Notes: generated by a model not told the origin, from the letters alone. A stretch of DNA of 64,000 bases from an uncultured Planctomycetota bacterium (GCA_963823665.1 CAWGMQ010000004.1:2464001-2528000), one strand, 5' to 3'. Positions 19,494 through 30,799 are shown, numbered from the stretch's first letter. Translations and numbers: made by a program.

Positions 19494-22400
19494 TCACGTC
19501 GATAGAGTGGGCCGCCGACGAACCAGTTCAGCAAATCGACGGCGCTCTGGATGCAGCACGCCAATCCGCACCGCACTCCCAGCCGCTGACTTGGTCGATG
19601 AGCTCCTCGAGACAGATACCTGCGCCCGGGTCGACGTTTGTGCTCTCGCCATCGCCGGCCCCTGCCGGATGGCAGCAGCCGTGTCGGAGACCCGCGCGAG
19701 CGTTACCGGCGGCGGGCCGATCGGCAGTCCTGGCGAGAACGGATAGCGCTGGATCTCGAACGGCGGGTCCTTCATTGTGACCAGCACGTCTCCGAATTGA
19801 CCCAGACCGTAAACCGAGTAGCCCAGGTAGGCCCGCCCGGTGCCGTGTTTGCCTTGCTTGACGGTGCCGGTAAGAACCGTATGATGCCGCACCTCGCCGA
19901 CCAGCACCAGCCGCTGGCCCTGGCCTGACTCGGTGAGCAGGTCTTCAACGTAACCGCCATGCTCCACGCCGAAGCTGACCTTGTTTCCCCCGGCATCCTT
20001 GTAACTCAGATGTTTGCCCTGGGCGAAGAGCGCCCTGAAATTGGTGCCCGGGTGGCCCGCTCCCAGGCCGGCGAGCAGGTTGCCGCCGACGTCCGTGACT
20101 CCGCCCGCGGTGCCCTTGATCAGCAGGCTGTAAAACACATTCGACAACAGCGGCTGCATAGGAACCAGCGTCACTGTCCAGTTCACCGGATTATAAGCAG
20201 GCGCATAGAGAGCCTGTTGCGGACCCGTCGCGCTGAACGTTCCCTGGTGGCCCACGAGCGCCACTGCAAAGTTGGCCGGGTTGGTCGCGGTGGCCGCTGC
20301 AAGCGGCTCGCTGAAGCTCAGGATGAGGCTCGTGATCGTTTTCGCCGTGCCGGTCCATTGCACGGCCGTGACAGTGGGCGAGTTGGTGTTCGGGTTGAGG
20401 TCTTTGATCGTCAGGATCGCGCTGCTAAGTGCGCCCAGAAGCGCGCCATCCCCCGGACCGGCGAGCGCCAGGCCGACTGTCTCGTCGTGGCTGTCGTATG
20501 GATCGTCCAGCACCGGGACTGAAACGGTCTCCTGCGCGACGCCCGCCGGGAAGACGACCGTCTCCGCGGTCGGCGTGTAATCGAGGCCGGCAGTCGCAGT
20601 CATCGGCACCGTCGTGAAATTGACGGAGACCTGCCCAAGCTGGCCATCCGACCTGACGACCTCAATGTCGGCGAACCCCGCGTTGTCGTCAACCTCGTAG
20701 TTGGGCGCACTGAACTGCAAATCGCCCGGCCGGTCAGTGACGGTCGACGTCACTGTTGCAGTCGCCTGGCTCGGCGTTCCGTTAAATTCGTTGGCGGTGA
20801 CGCTCATCGTGGAAGTGAGCTCACCGATCGCTGCTTGCTGGGGCGTGACCACGATGGTGACGTTCACACTTGCCCCGACCGCCAGGCTGCCGATGTCGGC
20901 CCGCAGGTCTGGTCCCGATTGATTCACCGGCCCGCTGACACCCGATGAGCCCGGCTGCAAAACCCAGTTCCCCGACACAAAATCGACATCAGAGGCCAGT
21001 GGGAAAGCGAGAGTCACTCCGGTGGCCGGCGACGGACCGTTGTTGGTGATGACCGCTCTGTAGGTCAGCTCGTCAGCGAATTCGACGGGATCTGGCGACG
21101 CTGTGAATTGAGTAATCGCGAGGTCGGCCATGGGAAGGATCGGCGTCGAGACCATCGCGGTGTTGGAGCTTGCGTTGAACTCGTTGGTCGTGACGACCGC
21201 CATGTTGACGATTGGCGAGTCGGCCACTGCCGATTCAGTCGAAACGACGGTGATCGTCAGTATTGCTGAGGTATTGATGGTCAAGGTGCCGAATGTCGCG
21301 GTCACCTGTCCGTTTTGAATCGACGCGTTCAGCCCGGCCACCGACGTGGTGGCTATCACGTTCGAGGTTATGTCCGGCGGCAGCGTATCGGTCACGATGA
21401 CCCCGGTGGCAATTGAAGGGCCGCTGTTCTTTGCAGTGATCGTGTACGTCAGATTCTTGCCGACGTAATTCGGGCCGGGCGGGCCCGTCATTTGAAGCCC
21501 GACGCCGGTCACTGCCGTGACCGTGGTCTCCACCGAGGCCGAATTGTCAGGGTTGTCATTCGACGGAGAGCTGATGGATGCGCTATTGGTTATTGTGCCC
21601 GTGCCGCTCCCCGCGGCGGCCGCGGTCGGCGTCACGACGATGGTGATGGTGGCCGTGGCGCTCGCCGGCAGGTTGGCGAGCGGCATCGTGAGAATACCGC
21701 CCGATGGAGTCGCGCCGCCCGTGGCCGACACGAAGGACACGTTTGCCGGCAGCTCGTCGGTCACGACCGCGGCCGGGTCGGCCGACGGCCCGCTGTTGGT
21801 CGCCTTAATCGTGTAGGTCAGATTACTGCCCGCGCCGACCGAATCGGGGTTGCCCGACATCGTGATCGAAAGGTCGGTCACCGGGGCCACCGGCACCGAG
21901 TTCATCACGGTGTTCGGGTTCGGGTTGTACTCGTTGTCGGTCACGGTCACGCTGTCGACGAGCGGCGAGTCGGATACCGCGGCAAGCGTGGGCACGACCG
22001 TGATGGTCATGCTGACACTGTCGCTCTGGTCAAGCTCGCCGAAGCTTGCGTTGACCTGGCCGCCGGATACGCTCGCCGTCACCCCCGACACCGACGTGGT
22101 GGCGATCACGTCAGAGGTGATGTCTGCCGGCAGCGCATCGGTCAAGACCACGCCGGTCGCGTTCGACGGACCGTCGTTGGTGGCCGTGACGGTAAAGGTC
22201 AGGTTCTGCCCGACCTGGGCCAGGGTCGGAACCGCGCTTAACTGCAAGCCGATGGCGGTCACCTCGAAGACCATCGTGGTCGTCGAGGCCGAATTGTCCA
22301 GGTTGGCGTTGTACATCCCGGTGATGACCGCGCTGTTTGTGATCGTGCCGGTTCCGGAGCCGGCCGCCGCCGCGGTGGGCGACACGACGATGGTGACGGT

Positions 22401-25400
22401 CGTGGTGTCGTTGGCCGCCAGCGTGCCGAGGGGCAAGGTCAGCACGTCACCGGACGGAGTCACGCCGTTTGTGGCCGACACAAAGGTCACATTTGCAGGC
22501 AGCGTGTCGGTCACGACCGCGTCCGGGTCGGGCGACGGGCCGCTGTTGGTCGCCTGAATTGTGTACGTCAGCTCGCTGCCGGCGCCGACCGGGTCGGGCG
22601 TGCCCGACATCGTGATCGAGAGGTTGCTCACCGGCACGGGCTGAACCGTCGTCATCACCGGGGGCGGCGTGTTGTTGCTCGGGTCAGGATCGTACGTGCT
22701 GCTGGAAACCGTCGCGCTGTCGCTGATCTGGGGGATCGACGAGGTGTCGGTCTCGACCGTGATCGAAACGGTCGCGGTCGCGCCCGCGGCCAGCGTGCCC
22801 AGGTCGGCCGTGACCTGGCCGCCGGAAATGGTCGCCGTCACACCCGGCACCGACGTGGTTACCGTCACGTTCGACGTGATGTTCTGCGGTAGCGTGTCGG
22901 TCACGTCGACGTCGGCCGCGTCCGACGGGCCGGCGTTGGTCGCCGTTAACAAGTATGTGACAGTATTACCGGCGATCACGGCGTCCGGGCTTCCGCTCAA
23001 GGTCAGGCCAAGGTCGGCAGAGGGATCCACCAGGGTCGTCACTGAGTCGGTGCTGTTGCCCGGGTTCGGATCAAAGTCAGCACTCGTGACGCTCGCCATG
23101 TCAGTGATTTGTGGGATGGCGCTATCCGTCGGAACGACGGTGATGGTGAGCGTGGCGAAGGTGTTACCCCTCATCGTGCCGAAATCGGCGGTCACCACGT
23201 CGCCGTCGATGCTGGGCGTCACGTTTGGATCCGACGCGACTGCTGTCACGTTCGAGCTGATGCTCTGCGGCAGCGTGTCCGTCACGTTCACACCGGTGGC
23301 ACCTTCTGACCCGATATCCGTGACCGTCACGGTGTACGTCAAAGTGCCGCCGACATAGACTGAGGGAGTCGGCGAGGCGGTGACCTGTACGGCGACGTCG
23401 GCACTCGGCACCGCAACGATGTCCTGCGAAAACTCGGACGTATTGCCCAGGGGGTCGGTCGCGGTGGCCGAGATCACCCAGCCGGCCGGCGTGGGGGTGT
23501 TCAGCACGGTGTCGAAGCTCGCGTTGTAGTCGGCCCCGGTCGTAACGGTCGTGCTGCCGAGGTACTTCTGGCCCTGGCCGTATCCCGAAGGGTCGGCGGT
23601 GGCACTTGCAAAAAACTGCACGAGATAGGTCGTGCTGGCCGAGGCGTTCAAGGTGCCGATGACCTCGGTCGTCGTTGCCGTATACGCCGCCTGGGTCAGA
23701 ACCGGATAGTTCTGGAAATCGTTGTTTTGAGGGAGTGTGAATCCTTGTTCGTCGAGATGGTTCGGAGTTGGTCCGCCAGGCCCCGGTGGGGCACCTAACA
23801 GGGAGATCCCCAGGCTGCCGTTGTCGTAGATCGAGTTCGAGAGGAAGGAATTGTGATCGTTGTTGGAAACGACCACGATCCCTTGGTTCACGTTGTTGGT
23901 GATCACGTTGCCGGCCCCTTGGGCTGTGCCGCCGATCGTGATGTTGCTTGCCACGAGATCCACGCCGTTACTCTTATTGCCGAGGTCGTCGCCAGCCGAG
24001 TCGGTGCCGATATAGTTGCCCAGAACGACCAATCCATCGGCCTCGCCGGAGTACTCAGCGATTCCGTCTTGGTCGTTGGCCGAGATCACGTTCGCCGCGC
24101 TTGCGACCGTGCCGCCGACCGTGCTATCGCCCGGGACACTGATGCCGCTGCCCACGTTCGGCAGTGGATTCCTACCGGTGACGTCCACCCCAATCAGGTT
24201 GCCTTCCATCAGCTCGCCCACCGTCTTACCCGTTAGGCTATCGATCCCGGTTCCGTTGTTGCCCGAGATCACGTTTCCCGCGCCGCTGACGGTCCCCCCG
24301 ACAGTCGCATACGACGCACCGAAAAACTGAACGCCGGAATAGTTGCCAAGCGCGATCTTGCCGGTCACATCGGTGCCGCAGTAGTTGCCTTCGACGAGAT
24401 CGCCGATGCCGTTGCCCAGCGCGACGCCCGATTCAACATTGCCCGAGACGATATTTCGTGCCGCCGCCGCCGTGCCGCCGATCGTAATGTCGTCGGCACC
24501 ATCCAGCAAGACACCGTTAATGCCGTTGCCGAGGATGCTCGTAGCTCCCGTCGCAAGGCCGATGATGTTGCCCTCGATCAGCCCCCCCGTATCGTAGGTC
24601 GGGGCGGCAAACCGCCCCAGGTTGATGCCGTTCTGCAAATTGCCGGAGATCAGATTGGCCGAGCCTTTCACGGTCCCCCCGATCGTCATCCCGGTTGCAC
24701 CTAAGGCCTGGATTCCGTCCTGGACGTTCGGCACTGCCGCGGTGCCCGCCAGATTCGTGCCGATCGTGCTCGACTGAATGACTGTGTTGCTTGTCCCCGG
24801 GTCGAGCAGGACGCCGCAGATGGAGTTGCCAGAAATCAGGTCGCCGGTGATCGTCGTGCCCGTCACCCCGCCCAGATGGATTCCATTCAAGGTGTTGGGA
24901 ATCGCGACGGTCCCAGTGGAGTCGGTGCCGATCAGGTTATTCGCGATCAGATTGGTCGAAGAGGGCCCGTTGACCTGCTGAATCAGGATCCCTTCGCCGG
25001 TGTTGCCCGAGATCACGTTGCCGCTGATCGTGTTCTGCGATGCATCATCCAGCAGCAACCCGTCTTGCCCGTTGCCCAGCGCAGCGCTCCCGCTCGCTTT
25101 GATTCCGATGTAATTCCCTTCGACCAGATTGCTGTCGGTTGCCTGGGCATCGCCGATCGCGATTCCCTCATTCGTATTGCCCGAAATGACGTTCCGCGCA
25201 GCGGCGGTCGAGCCCCCGATCGTATTGCTGGCTGACCCAAAGATCTCGATGCCCACCCCGTTGGCCTTGGCGTTCGCACCGTCGGCTGTCCCGACGTAAC
25301 AGCCCTGGATCACGTCGTTTCCGCTGCCGGTCACCAGAATCCCCACGCCCGGACAGCCGGAGACGGCCAGGCCTTGAATCGTGCTCGATGCCGCCGCGTC

Positions 25401-25769
25401 CCAGAAGATCCAGCCCGACGCCGGCACGCTCGAGCCGTTGATCGATATCAGCGGCACTCCCGAGTAACCGCTCTGACTCGTGCCGTCAATGTTCACCGAG
25501 TCGGTGATCTGAGGTAACGATGAGCCCAGCGTGATCGTGTGAACCCCAGTTCCGGAGATCGCGAAATCGATGGTGTCAGGGGTCGAGTCGCCGTTGACCT
25601 GGTTGATCGCCCACCGTAGCGAGCCCATGTTCGAATCGTCGTTTGTATCCGTCACCGTGTAAGTCGAAAGCAGCTCGCGAGGCTCGAGCCACTCCACGCG
25701 GAACCGGTTCTTCCGCGCGGCAACGGCGCGCTTTCCGAGACGGCGAGTCACGTTAGATGCCTTGGTCAT
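19494..25769 (-). CDS. Giant secreted/surface protein: LEPR-XLL, beta-helix repeats, seven DUF11 Ig-like repeats, Calx-beta
   Basis: EWLEPRELLS; repeated NVISGN/GNYIG; (A/T)DL.I..S..P...G..LTYT...N.GPS units; GDLQFSAPNYEV. Confidence 0.9.
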   Translation of the reverse strand: MTKASNVTRRLGKRAVAARKNRFRVEWLEPRELLSTYTVTDTNDDSNMGSLRWAINQVNGDSTPDTIDFAISGTGVHTITLGSSLPQITDSVNIDGTSQSGYSGVPLISINGSSVPASGWIFWDAAASSTIQGLAVSGCPGVGILVTGSGNDVIQGCYVGTADGANAKANGVGIEIFGSASNTIGGSTAAARNVISGNTNEGIAIGDAQATDSNLVEGNYIGIKASGSAALGNGQDGLLLDDASQNTISGNVISGNTGEGILIQQVNGPSSTNLIANNLIGTDSTGTVAIPNTLNGIHLGGVTGTTITGDLISGNSICGVLLDPGTSNTVIQSSTIGTNLAGTAAVPNVQDGIQALGATGMTIGGTVKGSANLISGNLQNGINLGRFAAPTYDTGGLIEGNIIGLATGATSILGNGINGVLLDGADDITIGGTAAAARNIVSGNVESGVALGNGIGDLVEGNYCGTDVTGKIALGNYSGVQFFGASYATVGGTVSGAGNVISGNNGTGIDSLTGKTVGELMEGNLIGVDVTGRNPLPNVGSGISVPGDSTVGGTVASAANVISANDQDGIAEYSGEADGLVVLGNYIGTDSAGDDLGNKSNGVDLVASNITIGGTAQGAGNVITNNVNQGIVVVSNNDHNSFLSNSIYDNGSLGISLLGAPPGPGGPTPNHLDEQGFTLPQNNDFQNYPVLTQAAYTATTTEVIGTLNASASTTYLVQFFASATADPSGYGQGQKYLGSTTVTTGADYNASFDTVLNTPTPAGWVISATATDPLGNTSEFSQDIVAVPSADVAVQVTASPTPSVYVGGTLTYTVTVTDIGSEGATGVNVTDTLPQSISSNVTAVASDPNVTPSIDGDVVTADFGTMRGNTFATLTITVVPTDSAIPQITDMASVTSADFDPNPGNSTDSVTTLVDPSADLGLTLSGSPDAVIAGNTVTYLLTATNAGPSDAADVDVTDTLPQNITSNVTVTTSVPGVTATISGGQVTADLGTLAAGATATVSITVETDTSSIPQISDSATVSSSTYDPDPSNNTPPPVMTTVQPVPVSNLSITMSGTPDPVGAGSELTYTIQATNSGPSPDPDAVVTDTLPANVTFVSATNGVTPSGDVLTLPLGTLAANDTTTVTIVVSPTAAAAGSGTGTITNSAVITGMYNANLDNSASTTTMVFEVTAIGLQLSAVPTLAQVGQNLTFTVTATNDGPSNATGVVLTDALPADITSDVIATTSVSGVTASVSGGQVNASFGELDQSDSVSMTITVVPTLAAVSDSPLVDSVTVTDNEYNPNPNTVMNSVPVAPVTDLSITMSGNPDSVGAGSNLTYTIKATNSGPSADPAAVVTDELPANVSFVSATGGATPSGGILTMPLANLPASATATITIVVTPTAAAAGSGTGTITNSASISSPSNDNPDNSASVETTVTAVTGVGLQMTGPPGPNYVGKNLTYTITAKNSGPSIATGVIVTDTLPPDITSNVIATTSVAGLNASIQNGQVTATFGTLTINTSAILTITVVSTESAVADSPIVNMAVVTTNEFNASSNTAMVSTPILPMADLAITQFTASPDPVEFADELTYRAVITNNGPSPATGVTLAFPLASDVDFVSGNWVLQPGSSGVSGPVNQSGPDLRADIGSLAVGASVNVTIVVTPQQAAIGELTSTMSVTANEFNGTPSQATATVTSTVTDRPGDLQFSAPNYEVDDNAGFADIEVVRSDGQLGQVSVNFTTVPMTATAGLDYTPTAETVVFPAGVAQETVSVPVLDDPYDSHDETVGLALAGPGDGALLGALSSAILTIKDLNPNTNSPTVTAVQWTGTAKTITSLILSFSEPLAAATATNPANFAVALVGHQGTFSATGPQQALYAPAYNPVNWTVTLVPMQPLLSNVFYSLLIKGTAGGVTDVGGNLLAGLGAGHPGTNFRALFAQGKHLSYKDAGGNKVSFGVEHGGYVEDLLTESGQGQRLVLVGEVRHHTVLTGTVKQGKHGTGRAYLGYSVYGLGQFGDVLVTMKDPPFEIQRYPFSPGLPIGPPPVTLARVSDTAAAIRQGPAMARAQTSTRAQVSVSRSSSTKSAAGSAVRIGVLHPERRRFAELVRRRPTLST

Positions 25770-26057
25770 GGCATTTCCTCGTGTTGACAATCCACACGAT
25801 GCAATAATCAAGTCTCGCGCAACGAGAATCTGACACCTCGCTATGGTATAGGCGCCGCCATCACCGCATTCAGGGCGCTGCCGTTTGCGATTCTTTGCCA
25901 ATGAAGTCCGGATCGGCGAGATTCCCTCGCCTCCGACAAACGTCGAACGACCAGCGATCGATGCCCATTGAAATTATCGAAGGGACATGCCTGCGTGAAG
26001 TGATTGATGCCGGGCATAGGCAGCCGCGTTCGAGTCTGGGCCGATTCCCGCGTTTTG

Positions 26058-26669
26058 TCACACGAAGTCGAGGTACTCCAGCAGCGTCCACACGAGGCCG
26101 ATCAGGATCCAGCACGCGCCGACGATTCGGCCCGTGAAGTCGATCCAATCAACCGACCTCCGCCACCGGTCGCTGAAAATTTGAACACCCCAGACGGCTG
26201 CCACGGCCAGACCGACGTACATGAAGACCTCATTGGCAAGGTACTTCTGCGCCCAGAGATCCGCGGTCTTGGTCTGCATCGGCCGGGCAACTCTCGCAAG
26301 GTTCGTGGCCACCAAAAGCACCGGGATGGTCCAGCAGAACCCTAACAGCGCGGCCAGGCAGGCCGCCATCCCGGGCTGGCGCCAGATTCGCCGCCAACTT
26401 GGCCGCGGCGCCCGCATCCTCAGCACGACGAGCAACAGCGTCCAGGGCCCGACCACCGGCAACAGTATGGACGTGATGGCCGATACCGTGCCGATGACGT
26501 CCCTCGTGGACCAGGATTGTATGTCTGGAACTCCCAAATCAGTGATCCATATCCAGCCCATGAATAAATTGCGGTGAAACAGCTCGAATGATCCCAGCCC
26601 GATCGCCGCCGAGCCGACCAGCAGGATGGTGTCGAGCAAGGTCATGGGCTTCGGAGGGAAGGGCGGCAT
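26058..26669 (-). CDS. Hypothetical membrane protein
   Basis: Several TMs; RMRAPRPSWRRIWRQPG.AAC and DWIDFTGR motifs. Confidence 0.75.
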   Translation of the reverse strand: MPPFPPKPMTLLDTILLVGSAAIGLGSFELFHRNLFMGWIWITDLGVPDIQSWSTRDVIGTVSAITSILLPVVGPWTLLLVVLRMRAPRPSWRRIWRQPGMAACLAALLGFCWTIPVLLVATNLARVARPMQTKTADLWAQKYLANEVFMYVGLAVAAVWGVQIFSDRWRRSVDWIDFTGRIVGACWILIGLVWTLLEYLDFV

Positions 26670-26679
26670 GATCGTCTCC

Positions 26680-26964
26680 CTACTTCGAGTCAGCTTTAGC
26701 TCGCTCACCGTCCGCTCGCACCGGTCCGGGCGGCAGGTTCTCTGTCAGATATCGAGTCATCAGCTCGCGGAGGTGCGGCGTCGTATTGTGGCCTTCGTAA
26801 ATCCCGTGCGACCGATTGGGGTATGCCATCATCGTGAACGGTTAGTTGTACCGGATCAGCTTATTGATCAAGGCTTCGGTTCCCTGGTAATGGCAGTTGT
26901 CGTCTCCCGTTCCATGGATCAAGAGCAGGTTTCCTTTGAGCTGATTGGCAAAGTTGACCGGCGA
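26680..26964 (-). pseudogene. C-terminal fragment of S9 (dipeptidyl peptidase IV-like) peptidase with in-frame stop
   Basis: SPVNFANQLKGNLLLIHGTGDDNCHYQGTEALINKLIRYN*PFTMMAYPNRSHGIYEG. Confidence 0.8.
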
Positions 26965-27095
26965 TCTACCGGCCCGTCTACACGGGCAGCGGCACGATCA
27001 CCCTCGAGTCATCTCTGGGAGGCTTTCACGTCCTGGAGCTCGATCACGAGGCATGGATCCTCGAGCGCGGTGCCTACTGGGCGGCTATACCCTCG
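26965..27095 (+). pseudogene. Internal gene fragment, AIM24-family-like
   Basis: IYRPVYTGSGTITLESSLGGFHVLELDHEAWILERGAYWA; no start codon. Confidence 0.55.
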
Positions 27096-27133
27096 CTTTC
27101 CGAGTAGTTCGACCTTCGCCGAAAGCGCGTAAA

Positions 27134-27406
27134 CGCGGGAAATATACCCGCGTCCCGTTCGACATAAAACGTTTTGTATCAGATACTTATGTTGTCCAAA
27201 GTAACGGCGGCGGGAATTGCACCCGCGTCTCATATGACGCAACTACTGATTCGCTATACAGTTACAGAAAGTGCCCATTGGGCTGGTCGGAACATGGCCG
27301 GGAGGACAAGGCACTCCGTGAGCTTGTCGCCGTTTGGCATGGCCTGACGCCGGAGGTCAGGCACACGATCATGGAATTAGCGCGGTCTTGCCGACCAACT
27401 AAGTGA
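27134..27406. repeat. Cassette-boundary element B
   Basis: GCGGG-AAATATA-CCCGC at 27135, GGCGGCGGGAATTGCACCCGCGTC at 27206-27229, then ALRELVAVWHGLTPEVRHTIMELAR. Confidence 0.85.
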
Positions 27407-27642
27407 GTGAGTGAATAGCTCGTGCTGCGACCGCCGGCCGCACCCTCTTGCGAGGCCCGGATTTTGAGTCAGGTACTTCTGCCAAACACGTGGTATTGGA
27501 AACACGTTGGGGTGATACTTAAAGGCTTTATGTTCAAGGTGGTTACGATGTCGCCCTGACGCAGGCGCATCGCAGTGGCGTCGCTCTGATATTAAGTTGG
27601 CTGTTTGAGACGCTCCTCACCGGGCTCCAGAGAATACGAATG

Positions 27643-30125
27643 TCACTTGGAGTCGCGAGTTCGTTGCGCCGGTGCTTGCCCGGATGCCAGACCGACGATC
27701 TTGTCCTGGAGACCCGCGACTTTCATTCGCGCGGCCGTGTTCCGGGGGTCGAGATGTAACGCGGTAGAGGCCGCGACCAGCGCGTTTCGCGTCGCCGCTT
27801 CGATGGTGGGAAAGTCGTTGACTTTCCAGGCGTTTTTCGCTTCCTGCTCGAAGGCTTCGGACAGCACCACGTGGAACGCCGCTTCGTTGGGATCTCTTCG
27901 TGCCAGCATCTTCCCGAAGGCTAAGAGAGATGCGGCGGTCCAGCGCGCATCGTCCAGGCGGCCAGCCTTTCGTTGCTCGAAGGCCCGATCGACAGCAATG
28001 CCGCACACCTGCATCTGCCGCGGCGGGAAGCAAGGCGGGGTAAACACCCAGCGCCTCACATCTTGAATCGAGCGCCAGGACGACCGCACGGGCGTGGACG
28101 TCCGGGTCCAGGCGCCCCTGCGGTTTGCCGGTGGACTTCGGGTCGGACGGATACGGCTGGATGTCGCGGGCAATCCACACCGCCAGTCTTTCTGCCAGCC
28201 GTTCGCGGGAGCCGTCTATCTGCCGGAAATCTCTCCATCGCGGCGCGGATCTTCGCGCTCGCGCTTTGATCGGGGGCCACGCTCACTCGCGCGAGCGCGG
28301 CGAGGAGTCCGATCGCAGGATCGGCCCCGGCACGCTCGCTCAACCGCTCGAGCATGCCGATGTGCGACTCCAGCAACCTCCGCCGCGATTCGTCTTGGCC
28401 CCGACGACCGAACAGCCCGGCGATCGATTCGTCGCACTTCGTCGATCGAAAGGATAACCTGCAAGTTTTGCGGTTCGTGGGCCAAGTCTTCCAGCGCATT
28501 CTCAGCGCGCTGGAGCCAGACCAGCGCCTCGTCGTATCGCTGCTGGTCCTCGGCGGCCCACGCGAGATCGATGAGACTACGCGCGTACGCCTGCTCGACA
28601 TCCGGGTCAAGGGCGCCGCTCCTCCGCTCCTCCAAAAGCTCCATGGCGTCCATGAGCAACTTGCGTGATTCGGCGTATTTACCCCGACGCCAGAAGTCCT
28701 TTGCCAGCTCACGTTCAAGGCCGCAGATCGCAACGAGGTTCGATGCGGCGACCCCTCGATCCTGTCGCAGTTTCGCCGTGAGATCGCGTACGACGCGCGA
28801 AGATTCGACGAGTCGTTCATACGCGAGCATTTGCGGCGCTTCCACGGTCGATGCCAGCAAGCCGACGAGATCGCGAACCGCTCCGGACGTGGCCTTGTCG
28901 CTCTCGATGGCACGGGCCAGGGCATTCTCGGCCCGCGACGCCGCGCTCGGTCTCGGAATGGCGCCAGAGTGTGAGCAAGCCCACGAGGCTCGACGCCACG
29001 GTGAGCGCGAGGACGGCCAGGAGCGAAGCGACCGCCGGCCGGCGCCGGCACCATCGACCGGCGTGTTCGAGCTTCGAGACCGGACGCGCCCGGATCGGAA
29101 ACCCATCAAGCCAGCGCTTCAGGTCGTCGGCGAGCGCCTCGGCCGAGGCGTACCGGCGCCGCGGGTCCTTTCGCAGGCAGGTCAGAGCGATCGTTTCGAG
29201 GTCACGCGGCAGGCCGGGCACCAGCGTCCTGGGCGGCGCGGGCTCGCGGGTGCGCACCAGGTCGAGCGTCTCGATCACCGACGCGGCCTGGAACGGAGGA
29301 CGCCCCGTCAAGAGGCTGTACAGGGTTGCCCCGAGGGCATAGACGTCGGATCGGGGACCGATCGTCGGCGCGGTCGCCGGCAATCTGTTCCGGAGCCATG
29401 AACGAAGGGGTACCCCGCACTCCGATCAGACCGGTGGCCGTCGCGCCCGGGTCGTCGCCCGCCCGGGCGATCCCGAAGTCCGCGAGCATCGGGGTGACCT
29501 GGTCCCATGGACCGTCGGCCGGGCCGTCGAGCAAGATGTTCGAGGGCTTGATGTCGAGGTGCAACATCCCGGCCTTGTGGATCTGGTCGACGGCCTGCGC
29601 GACCGCCACCATCAGCTCGACCGCGACACGTTCCGGCAAAGGGCCGGTGATGCGTTCCGCCAGGCTTCCTCCCGTGATCAGGTCGAGGACGAGGTAGAGA
29701 CAGCCGTCTTGTTCGCCCGCTTCGTGGAGCTGGACGACGTTGCGATGGCGAACTCGTCCGATCGCCCGGGCCTCGCGAAGCCAGCGCCGGCGATCCTCGG
29801 CCCCGATCCCAACGCTCGCGCTCACGACCTTGACGGCCACGCGACGGTCCAGTTGCGGCTGCCACGCCTGATAGACGACCCCCATTCCCCCTCGCCCAAT
29901 CTCGCGCTCGATCACGAAACCGGGGATCGTGGGAGGTTGTTCCGGCGGCGGCAGCCGTTCGGGCCCATGAATTTCGCACTCCGACGATTCAGCGGCCAAC
30001 CGTTCCAGGATGTCCTGGCAGGCGGAGCACGTCTCGACGTGGGCTTCCATCGCGGCATAGCGCGGACCGCTCAACCTGGCGTTTGCGAACTGGCCGATCG
30101 TCTCGGGTGAGGGGCATGAGGACAT
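27643..30125 (-). CDS. Ser/Thr protein kinase with N-terminal zinc anti-sigma-like motif, TM and helical/TPR-like C-terminus; about four frameshifts
   Basis: HVETCSAC; GRGGMGVVY, VAVK, HLDIKPSN, DFGIAR, GTPSFMAPEQ; continues SDVYALGATLY in ORF 28817-29383, then ORFs 28216-29109 and 27643-28173. Confidence 0.85.
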
Positions 30126-30184
30126 GGGGCTCCCCGACGGCAGCGTAAAGGTTCAATCGATCTCGCGGATCGTCCGACTCTGGC

Positions 30185-30799
30185 TCATCGCCTCCGTTCG
30201 GCCAACAGCCGTCGCCCCTCTTCGCGGAGCATCCGGCCGACACGCTTATTGGCGGTGAACGCGGCGCAGTATGAGATGCCCGCGGCGTCTGAGGCCTCAC
30301 GGACAGATTGTCCCAGGACGGCGATCCCCCAGAAAACCTGCCACGTCCGTTCCTCAACCCGTCGCCGCACGCCGTCCTGAACCTCCTCCGCCAGTCGGAG
30401 CAGAAGCGGGCGTTCCGATGCCGCGCCTTCCTCGGCGTCGAAACATAGAGCGGCGTCCTGCCAGAGCGACGCGGCCGCGCGAACCTCCAGCGTTCGCACG
30501 GCGTCGGCCTTCTTCTTCCGCAGCAAATCGATCGCCCGCGACTGGCACAACCGGCGCAGCCAACCGCGAAACGTCATGCCCGGGTCGTACCGGAAGGATC
30601 GCATTCGCCGCGCCAGATCGATCCAGACGCGCTGGCAAAGTTCTTCGGTGGTCTCGGCGTCGAGCCGGTATCGACTGGAAGCGGACCGGATCACCGGATC
30701 ATAACGCGTGACGAAATCGACCCACGCTTCGTGGTCGCGCCAGTCACCCAGACGGTTCAGAAGAGTCGGATTGGTCGTGCCCGCATCGCCGCGGATCAT
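30185..30799 (-). CDS. ECF sigma-70 factor (kinase-associated type)
   Basis: TTNPTLLNRLGDWRDHEAWVDFVTRY..., FRYDP..TFRGWLRR; adjacent to the kinase. Confidence 0.9.
   Translation of the reverse strand: MIRGDAGTTNPTLLNRLGDWRDHEAWVDFVTRYDPVIRSASSRYRLDAETTEELCQRVWIDLARRMRSFRYDPGMTFRGWLRRLCQSRAIDLLRKKKADAVRTLEVRAAASLWQDAALCFDAEEGAASERPLLLRLAEEVQDGVRRRVEERTWQVFWGIAVLGQSVREASDAAGISYCAAFTANKRVGRMLREEGRRLLAERRR

Noticed and set aside
28056..29401. Long alternative-frame ORFs (e.g. 28094-29401 +) and similar shadow ORFs across the window
   Set aside because: They are antisense or off-frame shadows of real genes in high-GC DNA, Arg/Pro/Ala-rich and without motifs.
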